DNA from: Gammaproteobacteria bacterium
GTDB taxonomy: Bacteria > Pseudomonadota > Gammaproteobacteria > Eutrophobiales > Eutrophobiaceae
NCBI GenBank assembly: GCA_965220815.1
Contig: OZ244846.1
Span: 2,244,353-2,308,352 of the forward strand
Direction: 5' to 3'
DNA length: 64,000 nt
Positions within the stretch are counted from its first letter, which is position 1. Each line of letters starts with the position of its first letter. This document shows, piece after piece, positions 22,019-32,402 of the stretch. The notes beneath the pieces were generated by a model. That model did no database searches. It saw only the letters and a list, made by a program, of their open reading frames with translations, and had not been told where the DNA came from. The position numbers and the translations under genes are program-made.

Positions 22019-22384
22019 ATGTCCAAAGAGACTACTTTAAAACCCTTGGCAGCAGCATTGGGGACCACGTTCGCAGTTTCGCTGTCCCTCAGCCCCATTG
22101 CCAATGCCGCCGACAACCCATTCAGCATGACCGAGTTGTCCCGGGGTGGTTACATGGTTGCCGACGCGCACGGAGGTGAAGGCAAGTGCGGCGAAGGCAA
22201 GTGCGGCGAAGGTAAATGCGGCGAAGACAAGAAGGAAGGCGAAGGCAAGTGCGGCGAAGGCAAGTGCGGAGAAGACAAGAAGGAAGGCGAAGGCAAATGC
22301 GGCGAAGGCAAATGCGGAGAAGACAAGGAAGAAGGCGAGGGTAAATGCGGCGAAGGCAAGTGTGGTGACGGCAACGACGCATGA
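22019..22384 (+). CDS. Sec-secreted low-complexity protein with nine EGKCG motifs, the putative substrate ('precursor') of the downstream DUF692/DUF2063 enzymes (HvfA/bufferin-like)
   Basis: Strong RBS (AGGAGG 7 nt upstream). Signal peptide MSKETTLKPLAAALGTTFAVSLSLSPIANA|AD. The mature region is (GEGKCG)n interspersed with EDKKEG and ends GDGNDA, with 9 Cys, all in GKCG context. Immediately upstream of a translationally coupled DUF692-DUF2063 pair. Confidence 0.8.
   Translation: MSKETTLKPLAAALGTTFAVSLSLSPIANAADNPFSMTELSRGGYMVADAHGGEGKCGEGKCGEGKCGEDKKEGEGKCGEGKCGEDKKEGEGKCGEGKCGEDKEEGEGKCGEGKCGDGNDA
22170..22372 (+). repeat. Coding tandem repeat array (15-nt GAAGGCAAGTGCGGC units in a 48-nt higher-order unit) encoding the EGKCG repeats
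   Basis: Read directly. Several near-identical units occur back to back. The spurious track ORFs on other frames and strands (22122..22574, 22146..22454, 22150..22374) arise from this array. Confidence 0.8.
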
Positions 22385-22394
22385 TATGCGGCAA

Positions 22395-22415
22395 GCTCCG
22401 GACCCGGATCGGAGC
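22395..22415 (+). promoter_or_regulatory. Perfect 6-bp stem / 9-nt loop hairpin (GCTCCG-GACCCGGAT-CGGAGC) in the 86-nt spacer between the Cys-repeat gene and the DUF692 gene
   Basis: Read directly. The position is typical of intra-operon attenuators that skew precursor:enzyme stoichiometry in RiPP-like operons. Confidence 0.35.
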
Positions 22416-22470
22416 CTGATTATCCGGGCATATCCGAGTCAGCTCCGGGACTGATCCGGGAACGCAGGAT

Positions 22471-23361
22471 ATGCCTGGATCATACCCGGTACAGGGAGCC
22501 GGTCTGGGTCTGCGGCGGGCCTTCATGGGCTCGCTCGCAGACTCGTCGGGCTGGTTGCCGGAAATCGGCTTCATGGAAGTGGCGCCGGAGAACTGGATCG
22601 ACGTAGGAGGCCGCTTCGGGCGGCGCTTTCGCGAAATAGCCGAACGGGCGCCGCTTGTGTGTCACGGGTTGTCGCTCAACCTCGGCGGCCCGGCGCCCCT
22701 GGATGAGGCGTTCCTCCATAAAGTAAGACAGTTCCTCGATGCTTTCAATGTCCGTTGTTACAGCGAGCACCTCAGTTATTGCGGTGATGACGGCCACCTG
22801 TACGACCTGATGCCGATTCCATTCACGGAAGACGCGGTCCACTATACCGCCGCCAGGATCAGGCGCGTCCAGGATATTATCGGGCGGCGCCTGGCCATTG
22901 AAAACGTGTCCTATTACGCGGCGCCCGGACAGGAGATGACGGAAACGGAATTTATCAATAACGTGCTGGTCGAAGCCGACTGCGACCTGCTGCTGGACGT
23001 CAATAACATTTATGTCAACAGTATCAACCACCGCTATGATGCCGAGGCCTGGCTGAAGTCGCTGCCGGCGGAACGCATCGCTTACGCCCATGTTGCCGGT
23101 CATTACGTCGAGGCCGAGGACCTGAGGGTGGATACCCACGGCGCAGACGTGATCGATCCCGTTTGGAAGCTGCTCGAGACGGCCTACGCACATTTCGGTA
23201 TTTTCCCAACCCTGCTTGAACGGGATTTCAATATTCCCCCATTGCCCGAGTTGCTTGGTGAAGTCGGCAGGATTAGCCGGCTCCAGTCCGCTCAGACAGC
23301 ACATGGGGACGGACTTAAGTCCGTCCCCGGACAGCGTCTCCGGACAGAAAGTTCATCCTGA
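22471..23361 (+). CDS. DUF692 / MNIO (multinuclear non-heme iron oxidative enzyme, MbnB/HvfB/BufB-like) TIM-barrel protein
   Basis: Motif set typical of DUF692 (…GLGLRR…, …EVAPENW…, …YSEHLS…, …AIENVSYY…, …[11 protein letters not shown]…, …HVAGH…). 296 aa. Confidence 0.85.
   Translation: MPGSYPVQGAGLGLRRAFMGSLADSSGWLPEIGFMEVAPENWIDVGGRFGRRFREIAERAPLVCHGLSLNLGGPAPLDEAFLHKVRQFLDAFNVRCYSEHLSYCGDDGHLYDLMPIPFTEDAVHYTAARIRRVQDIIGRRLAIENVSYYAAPGQEMTETEFINNVLVEADCDLLLDVNNIYVNSINHRYDAEAWLKSLPAERIAYAHVAGHYVEAEDLRVDTHGADVIDPVWKLLETAYAHFGIFPTLLERDFNIPPLPELLGEVGRISRLQSAQTAHGDGLKSVPGQRLRTESSS
23305..23328. repeat. REP family 2 copy (GGGGACGGACTTAAGTCCGTCCCC) embedded in the 3' end of the DUF692 ORF
   Basis: 24-bp perfect palindrome. 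The last ~20 codons of the DUF692 gene are encoded by it, so the tail may be artefactual. Confidence 0.7.
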
Positions 23362-24167
23362 TGAACCCGTCCTTGGCCAGGGACTCCTTTAAGGACATCC
23401 AGTACCGGTTTACCCGGCACATTCGCGACCCGGACAACGTACCGGCGCCGGAGGATATCGAAGAGCGCCGGATGGCGATCTACCGCGACCTGCTGTATCG
23501 CAACGTGGAAAGCTTCCTGGCGAACAGTTTTCCGGTGATGAGAAAGGTGCTCAAGGATGATGAATGGCATTCGCTGGTGCGCAAATATTTCAAAAACCAC
23601 CGGGCCCGAACGCCCCTGTTCCCCAGGATGCCCCAGGAGTTTCTCCAGTACCTGCAGGATGCAAGGCAAACCGCCGTAAGCATATACCCGTTCCTGCTCG
23701 AACTGGCTCACTACGAATGGGTGGAACTGGCCTTGTCCCTGGACACACGGGAGATCAGGCAGGACGGCATCAACCCGGACGGTGAGTTACTCTCAGGCGT
23801 TCCGGTATTGAACGAATTGTCCTGGTCCCTGGCCTATGAATACCCGGCACATCGTATCGGTCCGGATTTCCTGCCCGAAGCAAAACCGGCACAGCCTGTC
23901 TGCCTGCTCGTCTATCGGGACCGGCAGGACAAGGTAAGGTTTATCGAACTGAACCCCCTGGCCGCGCGCCTGGTCGATTGCCTCAGGGAGAATAAAGGCG
24001 GCAAAACCGGCCGGGAAATCCTCACGGAGATAGCTGCGGAAATAGCGCACCCCGACCCTGAGGCCGTGATCAGCGGCGGCGGCTCTGTACTTGAAGACAT
24101 GCGGGAAAAACAAATTGTCCTCGGAACGGAAGATGACGTCATTCCCGCGCATGCGGGAATCCAGTAG
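23361..24167 (+). CDS. DUF2063-family protein (MbnC/HvfC/BufC-like partner of MNIO enzymes)
   Basis: N-terminal motif F..IRDPDN..AP…RM.IYR.L….VESFL..SFPV…. Start overlaps the DUF692 stop (TGATG). Confidence 0.8.
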   Translation: MNPSLARDSFKDIQYRFTRHIRDPDNVPAPEDIEERRMAIYRDLLYRNVESFLANSFPVMRKVLKDDEWHSLVRKYFKNHRARTPLFPRMPQEFLQYLQDARQTAVSIYPFLLELAHYEWVELALSLDTREIRQDGINPDGELLSGVPVLNELSWSLAYEYPAHRIGPDFLPEAKPAQPVCLLVYRDRQDKVRFIELNPLAARLVDCLRENKGGKTGREILTEIAAEIAHPDPEAVISGGGSVLEDMREKQIVLGTEDDVIPAHAGIQ

Positions 24168-24192
24168 ACAAAGAGTCGCCCTGAGGGCGACA
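24137..24192. repeat. REP family 3 copy (two adjacent hairpins: GTCATTCCCGCGCATGCGGGAATCCAGT … CAAAGAGTCGCCCTGAGGGCGACAC)
   Basis: Nearly the same compound element recurs in inverted orientation at about 57707-57765. Sits between the convergent DUF2063 and argG genes. Confidence 0.7.
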
Positions 24193-24201
24193 CATTAATA
24201 A

Positions 24202-25407
24202 TTATTTCCTCATGCGCAGCCGCAACGCGTTCAGCTTGATGAAACCCTCAGCGTCCTTCTGGTCGTAGCTGCCCGCGTCGCTCTCGAAAGTGGCGATGTC
24301 CTCGCTGAACAGGCTGTCCGTTTCCGATTTGCGGCCGCAGACGATGACGTTGCCTTTGTACAGTTTCAGACGCACACGGCCGTTAACCGTCGCCTGGCTG
24401 TCATCGATCAGCTTCTGCAGGGCCAGGCGTTCCGGACTCCACCAGTAGCCGTTATAGATCATCCTGGCATAGCGCGGCATCAGGTCATCTTTCATGTGCG
24501 CCAGTTCGCGGTCCAGGGTGATGGCCTCAATGGCGCGATGTGCCTTGAGCAGTATTGTTCCGCCCGGGGTTTCATAACAGCCGCGTGATTTCATGCCCAC
24601 GTAGCGGTTCTCGACTATGTCGGTCCGGCCGATGCCGTGCCTGCCGCCGGTTTCGTTCAGCGCCTTCAACAACTGTGCTGGCGACATCGCGCCCCCGTTC
24701 AGGGCGCAGGCATCGCCTTTTCTGAAATCCAGTTCGACGACTTCCGGCTCATCAGGGGCATTCTCCGGCGCCACGCTCCAGCGCCACACCGATTCATCCG
24801 GTTCCTGCCACGGGTCTTCCAGGTCGCCGCCTTCATAGGAGATATGCAGCAGGTTGGCATCCATGGAATAGGGAGAGGAACCCGCGCGTTTGGCCTCGAT
24901 GGGGATACCGTGCCGTTCCGCGTAAGCCAGCAGTTTTTGCCGGGAATCGAGGTCCCACTCGCGCCACGGCGCAATAACCCTGATATCGGGCTTCAGGGCA
25001 TAGGCGCCCATTTCCAGCCGGACCTGGTCGTTGCCCTTGCCCGTGGCGCCGTGGGATATGGCGTCGGCGCCCGTTTCCCCGGCAATCTCCACCAGGCGTT
25101 TGGCGACCAGCGGACGGGCTATGGAGGTGCCCAGCAGGTATTCGCCTTCATAGATTGTGTTTGCCCGGAACATCGGGAAGACGTAATCACGCACGAACTC
25201 TTCCACCAGGTCCTCAATGAATATCTCCCTGACTCCCAGTTTTTCCGCCTTGGCCCGCGCCTGGTCAACTTCCTCGCCCTGGCCGATATCCGCGGTGAAG
25301 GTGACCACTTCGCAGTGGTAGGTATCCTGCAGCCATTTCAGGATGACGGAGGTGTCCAGTCCTCCGGAATAGGCAAGCACGACTTTGTTGACCGGTTTAT
25401 TGCTCAT
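24202..25407 (-). CDS. argG: Argininosuccinate synthase
   Basis: [11 protein letters not shown]-loop motif and full-length ArgG similarity. Start at [10 protein letters not shown]. Confidence 0.9.
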   Translation of the reverse strand: MSNKPVNKVVLAYSGGLDTSVILKWLQDTYHCEVVTFTADIGQGEEVDQARAKAEKLGVREIFIEDLVEEFVRDYVFPMFRANTIYEGEYLLGTSIARPLVAKRLVEIAGETGADAISHGATGKGNDQVRLEMGAYALKPDIRVIAPWREWDLDSRQKLLAYAERHGIPIEAKRAGSSPYSMDANLLHISYEGGDLEDPWQEPDESVWRWSVAPENAPDEPEVVELDFRKGDACALNGGAMSPAQLLKALNETGGRHGIGRTDIVENRYVGMKSRGCYETPGGTILLKAHRAIEAITLDRELAHMKDDLMPRYARMIYNGYWWSPERLALQKLIDDSQATVNGRVRLKLYKGNVIVCGRKSETDSLFSEDIATFESDAGSYDQKDAEGFIKLNALRLRMRK

Positions 25408-25423
25408 GGATATGGAAATGCAA

Positions 25424-25447
25424 GGGGACGGATTTAAATCCGTCCCC
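25424..25447. repeat. REP family 2 copy (GGGGACGGATTTAAATCCGTCCCC)
   Basis: Perfect 24-bp palindrome between the NUDIX gene and argG. Confidence 0.8.
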
Positions 25448-25496
25448 ATATTATCACGGGAAAATGAATAGTGTTAAGGGGGAATTATATACTTGC

Positions 25497-25943
25497 TCAG
25501 TCGTTGGCGCCTCTTTTTTCGGCAGTCACGTATTCCTTCGGCCAGACATCAAGATAGAGCAGATCCAGGTCTACGCCTCTCATGACCGGGTAATGGCGGT
25601 AATCATCCCGGCTGACCCATGCGTAGTCGGTGTGTTCGTGGTTGAGCCTGATCTCACCATCCAGCCAGCGCAGGTGGAACAGGTGGAATTCATATATTTT
25701 TCCTGCTATCTCGTCACGCACGGGTTCATGCCGTTTGATGGGTTCAACGGAAATGCCGGGACCGATCTCTTCAATCAATTCCCGCGAAGCACATTGTTCC
25801 GGCGTCTCCCCTTCCTCAAGATGCCCGGCGGGAAAACCCCACAGGCCGGGACCATACCGGCTGTTTATGCTCCTTTTCAGTAACAGAATTTCGCTTTTTT
25901 CATTTTCAACGACATTGACCGAAAATTGGCGCCGGATGGTCAA
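25497..25943 (-). CDS. NUDIX hydrolase, about 148 aa
   Basis: Nudix box [22 protein letters not shown]. The proposed TTG start at 25943 overlaps the aceF stop (TTGA). The longer track ORF (to 26195) lies inside aceF and is unlikely. Confidence 0.6.
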   Translation of the reverse strand: MTIRRQFSVNVVENEKSEILLLKRSINSRYGPGLWGFPAGHLEEGETPEQCASRELIEEIGPGISVEPIKRHEPVRDEIAGKIYEFHLFHLRWLDGEIRLNHEHTDYAWVSRDDYRHYPVMRGVDLDLLYLDVWPKEYVTAEKRGAND

Positions 25944-27292
25944 AGCAGTATGTCCCGGATATCCGTCAGGATTTCTCCCAGCGCCCGGGTGAATTGCGCC
26001 GCGGCGACGCCGTCGATTACCCGGTGGTCGTAGGACAGGGAGTAGGGCAGGATCAGCCTGGCTTCGAGCTTGCCGTCCCTGTACACGGGCCTGGTGGTTG
26101 CCCGGGATACGCCGAGTATGGCGACTTCCGGGGAGTTGATGATGGGTGTGAACCCGGTGCCGCCGATATGGCCCAGGCTGCTTATGGTGAAACACCCGCC
26201 CTCCATGTCGGCGGGGCGCAGTTTTTTATCCCTGGCCTTTTGCGCCAGTTGCTCGAGCTCCTCCGCCAGTTCGAACATGCCTTTCAGGTTGGCGTCCTTC
26301 ACTACCGGCACCAGCAGTCCCTGGTCGGTGTTGACCGCCACCCCGATGTGGAAGTATTGCTTATAGATCAGTTCCTTGCCGTCCGGGCCCAGGGAAGCGT
26401 TGAACTCCGGGTACTTTCTCAGGGCAACCACCACTGCCTTGACCAGGAAGCTGAGCAGAGTAAGCTTGACGCCGCGCCGCTTTGCCTCGGATTTCTTCGA
26501 CTGGCGGAACGCTTCCAGCTCCGTAATATCCGTTTCGTCGTGCTGGGTCACATGGGGTACGCTGACCCAGTTGCGATGCAGGTTCTGGCCGCCGAGCCGC
26601 TTCAGGCGTGACAGCGGCCGGTTTTCCACCGGGCCGAATTTGGAAAAGTCCACCGGGGGAATTTCCGGCAGCGTCTGCCCATCGAACACGCGCTTCCCGG
26701 TCATGACGGTCCTGGTGAAGGCGGTAACGTCCTCCTTCAGGATGCGGCCTTTTTTGCCGCTGCCCTTTACCAGTCCGAGTTCCACTCCCAGTTCCCGGGC
26801 ATACTTACGCACTCCCGGACTGGCGTGAGCCCTGGCAGACGCGCTGGTTCCCGCGGTCTGGGCGCCGCCCGGGGTTTTCGGCGGTGGTTTCTGTCCGTGA
26901 CTTGTTCCAGGGACGGATTTGACGTCGTCCATGGACGGTCCCTTTTGTCCGGGCATTTCGGACTCTGTCATGGTTGTCCCGGCCTGTGCCGTTTCGGCAG
27001 ACACTTCAGGTTTGCCTGTATCCGGAGGCGCCTCACTACCGGCGCCATCCTGCTCCAGTTTCAGGATCAGTGTACCCTCGGAGACGGTGTCACCGACCTT
27101 GACCAGGAGCTCTTTCACCGTGCCTGCGGCGGGCGCCGGGATGTCCATGGTCGCCTTGTCCGATTCCAGGGTGATAAGGGTGTCTTCCGGTTTGACGGTG
27201 TCTCCCGGGCTGACTGCGACCTCGATGATTTCAACCGTATCGAAATCACCGATGTTGGGAATTAGGATATCGGTAACCTGGCTCATATTCAT
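25940..27292 (-). CDS. aceF: Dihydrolipoamide acetyltransferase (E2) of pyruvate dehydrogenase, with a single lipoyl domain
   Basis: Lipoyl-lysine motif [12 protein letters not shown], Ala/Pro-rich linkers, and catalytic DHRVIDG at the C-terminus. Confidence 0.9.
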   Translation of the reverse strand: MNMSQVTDILIPNIGDFDTVEIIEVAVSPGDTVKPEDTLITLESDKATMDIPAPAAGTVKELLVKVGDTVSEGTLILKLEQDGAGSEAPPDTGKPEVSAETAQAGTTMTESEMPGQKGPSMDDVKSVPGTSHGQKPPPKTPGGAQTAGTSASARAHASPGVRKYARELGVELGLVKGSGKKGRILKEDVTAFTRTVMTGKRVFDGQTLPEIPPVDFSKFGPVENRPLSRLKRLGGQNLHRNWVSVPHVTQHDETDITELEAFRQSKKSEAKRRGVKLTLLSFLVKAVVVALRKYPEFNASLGPDGKELIYKQYFHIGVAVNTDQGLLVPVVKDANLKGMFELAEELEQLAQKARDKKLRPADMEGGCFTISSLGHIGGTGFTPIINSPEVAILGVSRATTRPVYRDGKLEARLILPYSLSYDHRVIDGVAAAQFTRALGEILTDIRDILL

Positions 27293-29946
27293 ACATTCAC
27301 AGGATTGGGTTTTTCCGGGTCGATATGGTATTTGCTCATTGCCTCGGTGACCCTGGTTGCGGGGATTTTGCCGTCATCAGCCAGTGCCTTGAGGGCAGCG
27401 ACCGCCACGTAATAGCGGTCCACTTCAAAGAAATTTCTCAACTTGGCGCGGGTATCGCTCCGGCCGTAGCCGTCGGTGCCCAGCACCAGGTAGGGCGCGG
27501 GTACGTGGCTGCGGATCTGGTCCGCGTACAGCTTCATGTAATCCGTTGCCGCAATCACCGGGCCGCCCTTGTCCCCGAGGCATTTGCCGATATAACTTTT
27601 TTTTGCTTCTTCTTCGGGATGCAGCATGTTCCAGCGGTCCACATCCAGGCAATCCCGGCGCAATTCGTTGAAACTGGTCACGCTCCAGACGTCCGCGGAC
27701 ACGCCGAAGTCGGCGCTGAGCAGTTCCGCCGCGGCCAGCGCTTCCCGCAGGATCGTCCCCGAACCCAGCAGCCGGACCTGAAGTTTTCCGCCGCCGCCCT
27801 CCTGAAACAGGTACATGCCCTTCAGGATTCCCTGCGCCGAATTCTCCGGCATTGCAGGGTGCGGGTAGTTCTCGTTCATCACGGTGATGTAGTAATACAC
27901 GTCTTCGCGGTTGGCATACATGCGGCGCAACCCGTCGTGGATGATGACGGCCAGTTCGTAGGCATAGGTCGGGTCATAAGAGATGCAATTGGGGATGGTG
28001 GATGCCAGCAGGTGGCTGTGGCCGTCCTGGTGTTGCAGTCCCTCCCCGGCCAAGGTGGTCCTGCCGGCGGTGCCGCCGATGAGAAAGCCGCGGGAACACA
28101 TATCGCCGGCCGCCCAGGCAAGGTCGCCGATCCGCTGGAATCCGAACATGGAGTAGAAGATATAGAACGGTATCATCTGCACCCTGTGGTGTTTGTACGC
28201 TGTGGCGGCCGCTATCCACGAGGAAAACGCTCCGGCTTCGGTGATGCCCTCTTCGAGGATCTGGCCTTTTTTGTCCTCGCGGTAATACATGACGTGGTCG
28301 ATGTCCACCGGTTCATACAGTTGCCCGACCGACGAGTAGATGCCGAGTTGCCTGAACATGCCCTCCATACCGAACGTGCGGGCTTCATCCGGGACGATGG
28401 GCACGATGTATTTGCCGATGTTTGCGTCTTTTGCCAGGCTGTTGAGGATGCGTACAAAGGCCATGGTTGTTGAAATTGCTCTCTTGCCAGTGCCCGACAG
28501 CAGTTTCTCGTGCATGCCGATATCGGGCGCGGCCAGGGCCGGCGCTTCAGGCCATTTCTGCAACTGGAAGCCGCCCAGCTTTTCCCGCCGTTCGCGCATG
28601 TATTTCACTTCGGGACTGTCTTCCGCCGGTTTGTAGAACGCGGCATTGGCCACGTCTTCATCCGATACCGGTATATTGAAACGTTGCCGGAAGGCGTTCA
28701 GGGCCTCTTCACCCATCTTCTTCTGCTGGTGGGTGATGTTCTGTCCCTCGCCTGCCTCACCCATACCGTAGCCCTTGACCGTCTTGGCGAGGATGACCGT
28801 GGGCTGTCCCTTGTGTCTGATGGCCGCGGCATAGGCGGCATAGACCTTGTGAGGGTCGTGTCCGCCCCGGTTCAGGCGCCAGATATCCTCGTCGGACATG
28901 TTGGCGACCAGGGCTTTCAGTTCCGGGTGCTTGCCGAAGAATTTCTCCCTCACATAGGATCCGTCGTTGGCCTTGTAGGCCTGGTATTCCCCGTCCACCG
29001 TTTCTTCCATCACCTTGAGCAGCTTGCCTTCGGTGTCGCGGGCGATTAACGGGTCCCAGTAGGAACCCCAGATGACCTTGATGACGTTCCAGCCGGCGCC
29101 GCGAAAGTCTGCTTCCAGTTCCTGGATGATCTTGCTATTGCCGCGCACCGGGCCGTCCAGCCGTTGCAGGTTGCAGTTGACGACGAAGATCAGGTTATCC
29201 AGTTTTTCCCGGGCGGCAAGCCCGATGGAGCCCAGCGCTTCCGGCTCATCCATTTCGCCGTCTCCCATGAAGGCCCAGATCTTGCGGTCGCTGGGCGGGA
29301 TCAGTTCCCGGTGTTCCAGGTACCGCATGAAGCGCGCCTGGTAAATGGCCATCAGCGATCCCAGGCCCATGGAGACGGTAGGGAACTGCCAGAAATCTGG
29401 CATCAGCCAGGGATGCGGGTAGGAGGAGAGGCCGTCGCCGTCAACCTCCTGGCGGAACTTGCCTATCTGGTCTTCGCTGAGCCGGCCGTAGAGGAAAGCA
29501 CGGGCGTAAATGCCCGGCGCGGAATGCCCCTGGATAAATACCAGGTCGCCGCCCTGTTGTTCCGTTGCGGCGCGAAAAAAATGGTTGAATCCCACGTCAT
29601 ACAATGTTGCGGACGAAGCAAAACTGGCGATGTGACCGCCCAGTTCGGCGCTGAACCGGTTGGCCCTGACCACCATGGCCAGTGCGTTCCAGCGTATCAG
29701 TGAGCGGATGCGCCATTCCATACCGGGATCGCCCGGGGCGCGTTCTTCCCGTGAAGGCGGAATGGTGTTCAGGTAGGCGGTATTGGCCGAATAGGGAAGG
29801 TAGGCGCCGGATTTCCTGGCCCTGGCAATCAGTTGTTCGAGCAGGTAGTGCGCCCGTTCTATGCCTTCCTGTGCCATGACCGAGTCCAGCGCTTCAAGCC
29901 ATTCCTGGGTTTCCTGCGAGTCAACGTCTGTTATTTTTTCCTGCAT
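27289..29946 (-). CDS. aceE: Pyruvate dehydrogenase E1 component (homodimeric type)
   Basis: 885 aa with full-length AceE similarity and TPP-binding motifs. Confidence 0.9.
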   Translation of the reverse strand: MQEKITDVDSQETQEWLEALDSVMAQEGIERAHYLLEQLIARARKSGAYLPYSANTAYLNTIPPSREERAPGDPGMEWRIRSLIRWNALAMVVRANRFSAELGGHIASFASSATLYDVGFNHFFRAATEQQGGDLVFIQGHSAPGIYARAFLYGRLSEDQIGKFRQEVDGDGLSSYPHPWLMPDFWQFPTVSMGLGSLMAIYQARFMRYLEHRELIPPSDRKIWAFMGDGEMDEPEALGSIGLAAREKLDNLIFVVNCNLQRLDGPVRGNSKIIQELEADFRGAGWNVIKVIWGSYWDPLIARDTEGKLLKVMEETVDGEYQAYKANDGSYVREKFFGKHPELKALVANMSDEDIWRLNRGGHDPHKVYAAYAAAIRHKGQPTVILAKTVKGYGMGEAGEGQNITHQQKKMGEEALNAFRQRFNIPVSDEDVANAAFYKPAEDSPEVKYMRERREKLGGFQLQKWPEAPALAAPDIGMHEKLLSGTGKRAISTTMAFVRILNSLAKDANIGKYIVPIVPDEARTFGMEGMFRQLGIYSSVGQLYEPVDIDHVMYYREDKKGQILEEGITEAGAFSSWIAAATAYKHHRVQMIPFYIFYSMFGFQRIGDLAWAAGDMCSRGFLIGGTAGRTTLAGEGLQHQDGHSHLLASTIPNCISYDPTYAYELAVIIHDGLRRMYANREDVYYYITVMNENYPHPAMPENSAQGILKGMYLFQEGGGGKLQVRLLGSGTILREALAAAELLSADFGVSADVWSVTSFNELRRDCLDVDRWNMLHPEEEAKKSYIGKCLGDKGGPVIAATDYMKLYADQIRSHVPAPYLVLGTDGYGRSDTRAKLRNFFEVDRYYVAVAALKALADDGKIPATRVTEAMSKYHIDPEKPNPVNV

Positions 29947-30149
29947 AAGATCAGCTTGTCCAGTCGCTGGTGAATATGGCCGGGGATTATAACCGGAACG
30001 GAGATAAAAGGCTTGAACAGGCCGGTATTTCCCTGCGTGAGATACAGGCTCAAATCAGAAAAAAATACCGCCACCGGAGGGGGAGAACCGGTGGCGGTCA
30101 AGTATGGGAGTATGGACACTCCCGGGGGATAGAGGAGGGTAAACCTGTT

Positions 30150-30440
30150 TCAATTCAATACGCCAAACCGGTGCGGGTCCGGGTCCGCGATTCCCTGGTT
30201 GGCAACCGGAAAACCAAAGCGTCTTGCCCGCAGGGTTTCATCCTCATCGCTTTTTGCGGGAATACTTGCCTTGTCTTCATACTGGCGCTGCATGTTTTCT
30301 TTCAGTTCCTCAAAAACCTGCATGCGCAAGGCGCCATCCAGGTAGCTGTCGAGATCGTCAGCCCGGTTCTCGACGCTGGCCAGGACCAGCAAGCCTGCAA
30401 TCAAAGCAGCAGCAAAGTTTTTTCCGGTTAAAATGTTCAT
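30150..30440 (-). CDS. Small secreted hypothetical protein, 96 aa, with signal peptide
   Basis: ORF with N-terminal hydrophobic signal (AAALIAGLLVLASVENRA). No recognisable family. Confidence 0.35.
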   Translation of the reverse strand: MNILTGKNFAAALIAGLLVLASVENRADDLDSYLDGALRMQVFEELKENMQRQYEDKASIPAKSDEDETLRARRFGFPVANQGIADPDPHRFGVLN

Positions 30441-30641
30441 GTTCGTTCTCCTTTTATATGTAAGTTGTCTAACTAAATATGGGCTAAAAAATAGTTTTCA
30501 AGGGTGTCGGATATACACCGCCCACAGCCAACAGACATTGTGACAACATAAGCCATATCCGATTTGCAATGTCATGTTTTCTATACCTATCTAAGTTAAA
30601 TAACTAACTAATGTCCTGTTAAAAAATATAGTCCAGTCCTG

Positions 30642-31235
30642 CTATGCGGCAGCCCGTTCCTCTTCCCGGTAGTCCGGGTCCAGTCCCGTTATCCATTCCG
30701 CCACCGCCTTGAGCTGCTGTTTCAGTCGCCGGGGGTCGTTCAAAATATTACCCAGCAGTATTATTCCCTGTATGCGTGACACGAATTCAAATCCCAGTTC
30801 CTCGGCCTGTTTCAGGCCCATCAGCCGAAACTGTTCCGTCGACCAATCCACCAGGTACTTCATACAACTGTCTGCGCAGTCCATGAGTTCTCCACATTCC
30901 TCGTCCAGTTCCTGGCACAGGCCGCCCAGGGGGCACCCCGCTTCGGCCAGTTCCCTGCTGTGGCCTATCATTACCTTGATTAGATTCATCAAGGCATCCA
31001 TTGGTTCCCTTTTCCTGCAACAACTTTTCAACATGTTTGATAATGACTGCTTGCGTTCCGTGACAACTGCCTTGCAGATATCTTCCTTGGTCTTGAAATA
31101 ATAGTACACGTTGCCTAACGGTACTTTTGCTTCTTCAGCTATATCTGCCAGCGTGGTACGATAAAATCCTTGCCTGTGTATCAGGGCGTCGGCAGCACTA
31201 ATCAAACGTTCACGTTTATCGCTTATCCTCGGCAT
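30642..31235 (-). CDS. TetR/AcrR-family transcriptional regulator
   Basis: N-terminal HTH (…FYRTTLADIAEEAKVPLGNVYYYFKTKE…). Confidence 0.8.
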   Translation of the reverse strand: MPRISDKRERLISAADALIHRQGFYRTTLADIAEEAKVPLGNVYYYFKTKEDICKAVVTERKQSLSNMLKSCCRKREPMDALMNLIKVMIGHSRELAEAGCPLGGLCQELDEECGELMDCADSCMKYLVDWSTEQFRLMGLKQAEELGFEFVSRIQGIILLGNILNDPRRLKQQLKAVAEWITGLDPDYREEERAAA

Positions 31236-31350
31236 AAACCTATACTTTGTTAGCTACTTGACTAAGTAGTATATAGGCTGATTATAAAATGTCAACACTT
31301 TTTTTAAAAAAATAGAACAGGGATGAACACACGCATTGCAAACTTTTCCA

Positions 31351-31416
31351 GGGTCAGAGTAACTTCGGCACTGACATTGACACCGGCTATGCATCCCGGG
31401 ATTTTACTCTGACCCC
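31351..31416. repeat. REP family 1 variant copy (arms GGGTCAGAGTAA … TTACTCTGACCCC with an enlarged 40-nt loop)
   Basis: Arms match family 1 but the centre differs. Located in the TetR/bcp divergent intergenic region. Confidence 0.6.
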
Positions 31417-31437
31417 TTACATCTTTATAATGCCCTT

Positions 31438-31962
31438 ATGGACATGTCAAAAGCGCTTGTTCCGTTAATCTTCTTCATACTCTGCCACCCTGCAGTGGGC
31501 GCCGATCTGGAGCCGGGACAACCGGCGCCGGGATTTGCCATGCAGGACCAGTACATGAAAACCCACAGCCTGGAGCAATACCTGGGCAGGTGGGTGGTGG
31601 TGTACTTCTATCCGAAAGACGATACCCCCGGTTGCACCACGGAAGCATGCAATTTCCGGGATGACATCTTCAAACTGCGGGCCATGAATGCGGAAGTGCT
31701 GGGCGTCAGTCTCGACAGCACCGAAAGCCATGCGCGTTTCGCTGAAAAATACGGCCTGCCGTTCCCGCTGTTGTCCGACGCCGCAGGTGAAACAGCAGAT
31801 CAATACGGTTGCCTCACTGAGTGGAGAGGCATGACCATCGCGGCGCGCCATACCTTCATCATCGACCCGGGCGGTAATATCGCCAGGATCTACCGGGAAG
31901 TGGACCCCGAGACCCACAGCGCCCAGGTCCTGGCGGACCTGGCGACCCTGCAGGCCGAATAG
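31438..31962 (+). CDS. bcp: Peroxiredoxin (Bcp/AhpC-TSA family), probably periplasmic
   Basis: Catalytic motif PKDDTPGCTTE with resolving Cys. N-terminal signal-like segment. Confidence 0.75.
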   Translation: MDMSKALVPLIFFILCHPAVGADLEPGQPAPGFAMQDQYMKTHSLEQYLGRWVVVYFYPKDDTPGCTTEACNFRDDIFKLRAMNAEVLGVSLDSTESHARFAEKYGLPFPLLSDAAGETADQYGCLTEWRGMTIAARHTFIIDPGGNIARIYREVDPETHSAQVLADLATLQAE

Positions 31963-31973
31963 CGGACAACCGC

Positions 31974-32402
31974 TTAAAGCAGTTTCCCCTTCACCCGGCA
32001 CGAGTGCCCTTCAAACAGGGCAATGAGATTATCGTCCTGGTCGATTACCTTGACCCGGTAGACCCCGTAGCGACCGTCCTGTGACAGGTGTTCGGCGGTC
32101 GCCGTAAGCCGGTCTCCCGCCTTGCCCGGGCGTTTGTATTCGATGGTGCACCTTTGCGCCAGGTTCGATTCGTTGCGGGAATTGCAGGCGCAGGCGAAGG
32201 CCGTGTCCGCCAGGGTGAAGATGAAACCGCCGTGGCAGATGCCGTGGCCGTTCAGCATTTCTGCAGTTATCTGCATAGTCAGACGTGCAAAGCCTTCCCG
32301 CACGTCGACAATGGTAATTCCAATGCTTTTCGCGGCGACGTCCCTGGAATACATCGCATCGACGCAGGCGCGGGCGAGCTCGTCACCCGTCAGGTCAGTC
32401 AC
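31974..32402 (-). CDS. paaI: PaaI-type hotdog-fold acyl-CoA thioesterase
   Basis: Motif [20 protein letters not shown] typical of PaaI. Overlaps the paaZ stop. Confidence 0.7.
   Translation of the reverse strand: MTDLTGDELARACVDAMYSRDVAAKSIGITIVDVREGFARLTMQITAEMLNGHGICHGGFIFTLADTAFACACNSRNESNLAQRCTIEYKRPGKAGDRLTATAEHLSQDGRYGVYRVKVIDQDDNLIALFEGHSCRVKGKLL

Noticed and set aside
22170-22372. Possible CRISPR array, because of the regular short direct repeats
   Set aside because: Units are 15 nt with no unique spacers, lie wholly inside a coding frame, and no cas genes are nearby. It is a coding tandem repeat.
22122-22574. Long ORFs on other frames and strands across the EGKCG repeat region (22122..22574 -, 22146..22454 +, 22150..22374 -)
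   Set aside because: They are translations of the same tandem nucleotide repeat in alternative frames (PSPHL…, KASAAK… low-complexity). Only the frame with RBS, signal peptide and coupling to the downstream genes is credible.
25497-26195. Long version of the NUDIX ORF (232 aa)
   Set aside because: The N-terminal 84 aa are Arg/Pro/His-rich and lie antisense-free but inside the aceF 3' region. A TTG at 25943 overlapping the aceF stop gives a normal-size Nudix protein.
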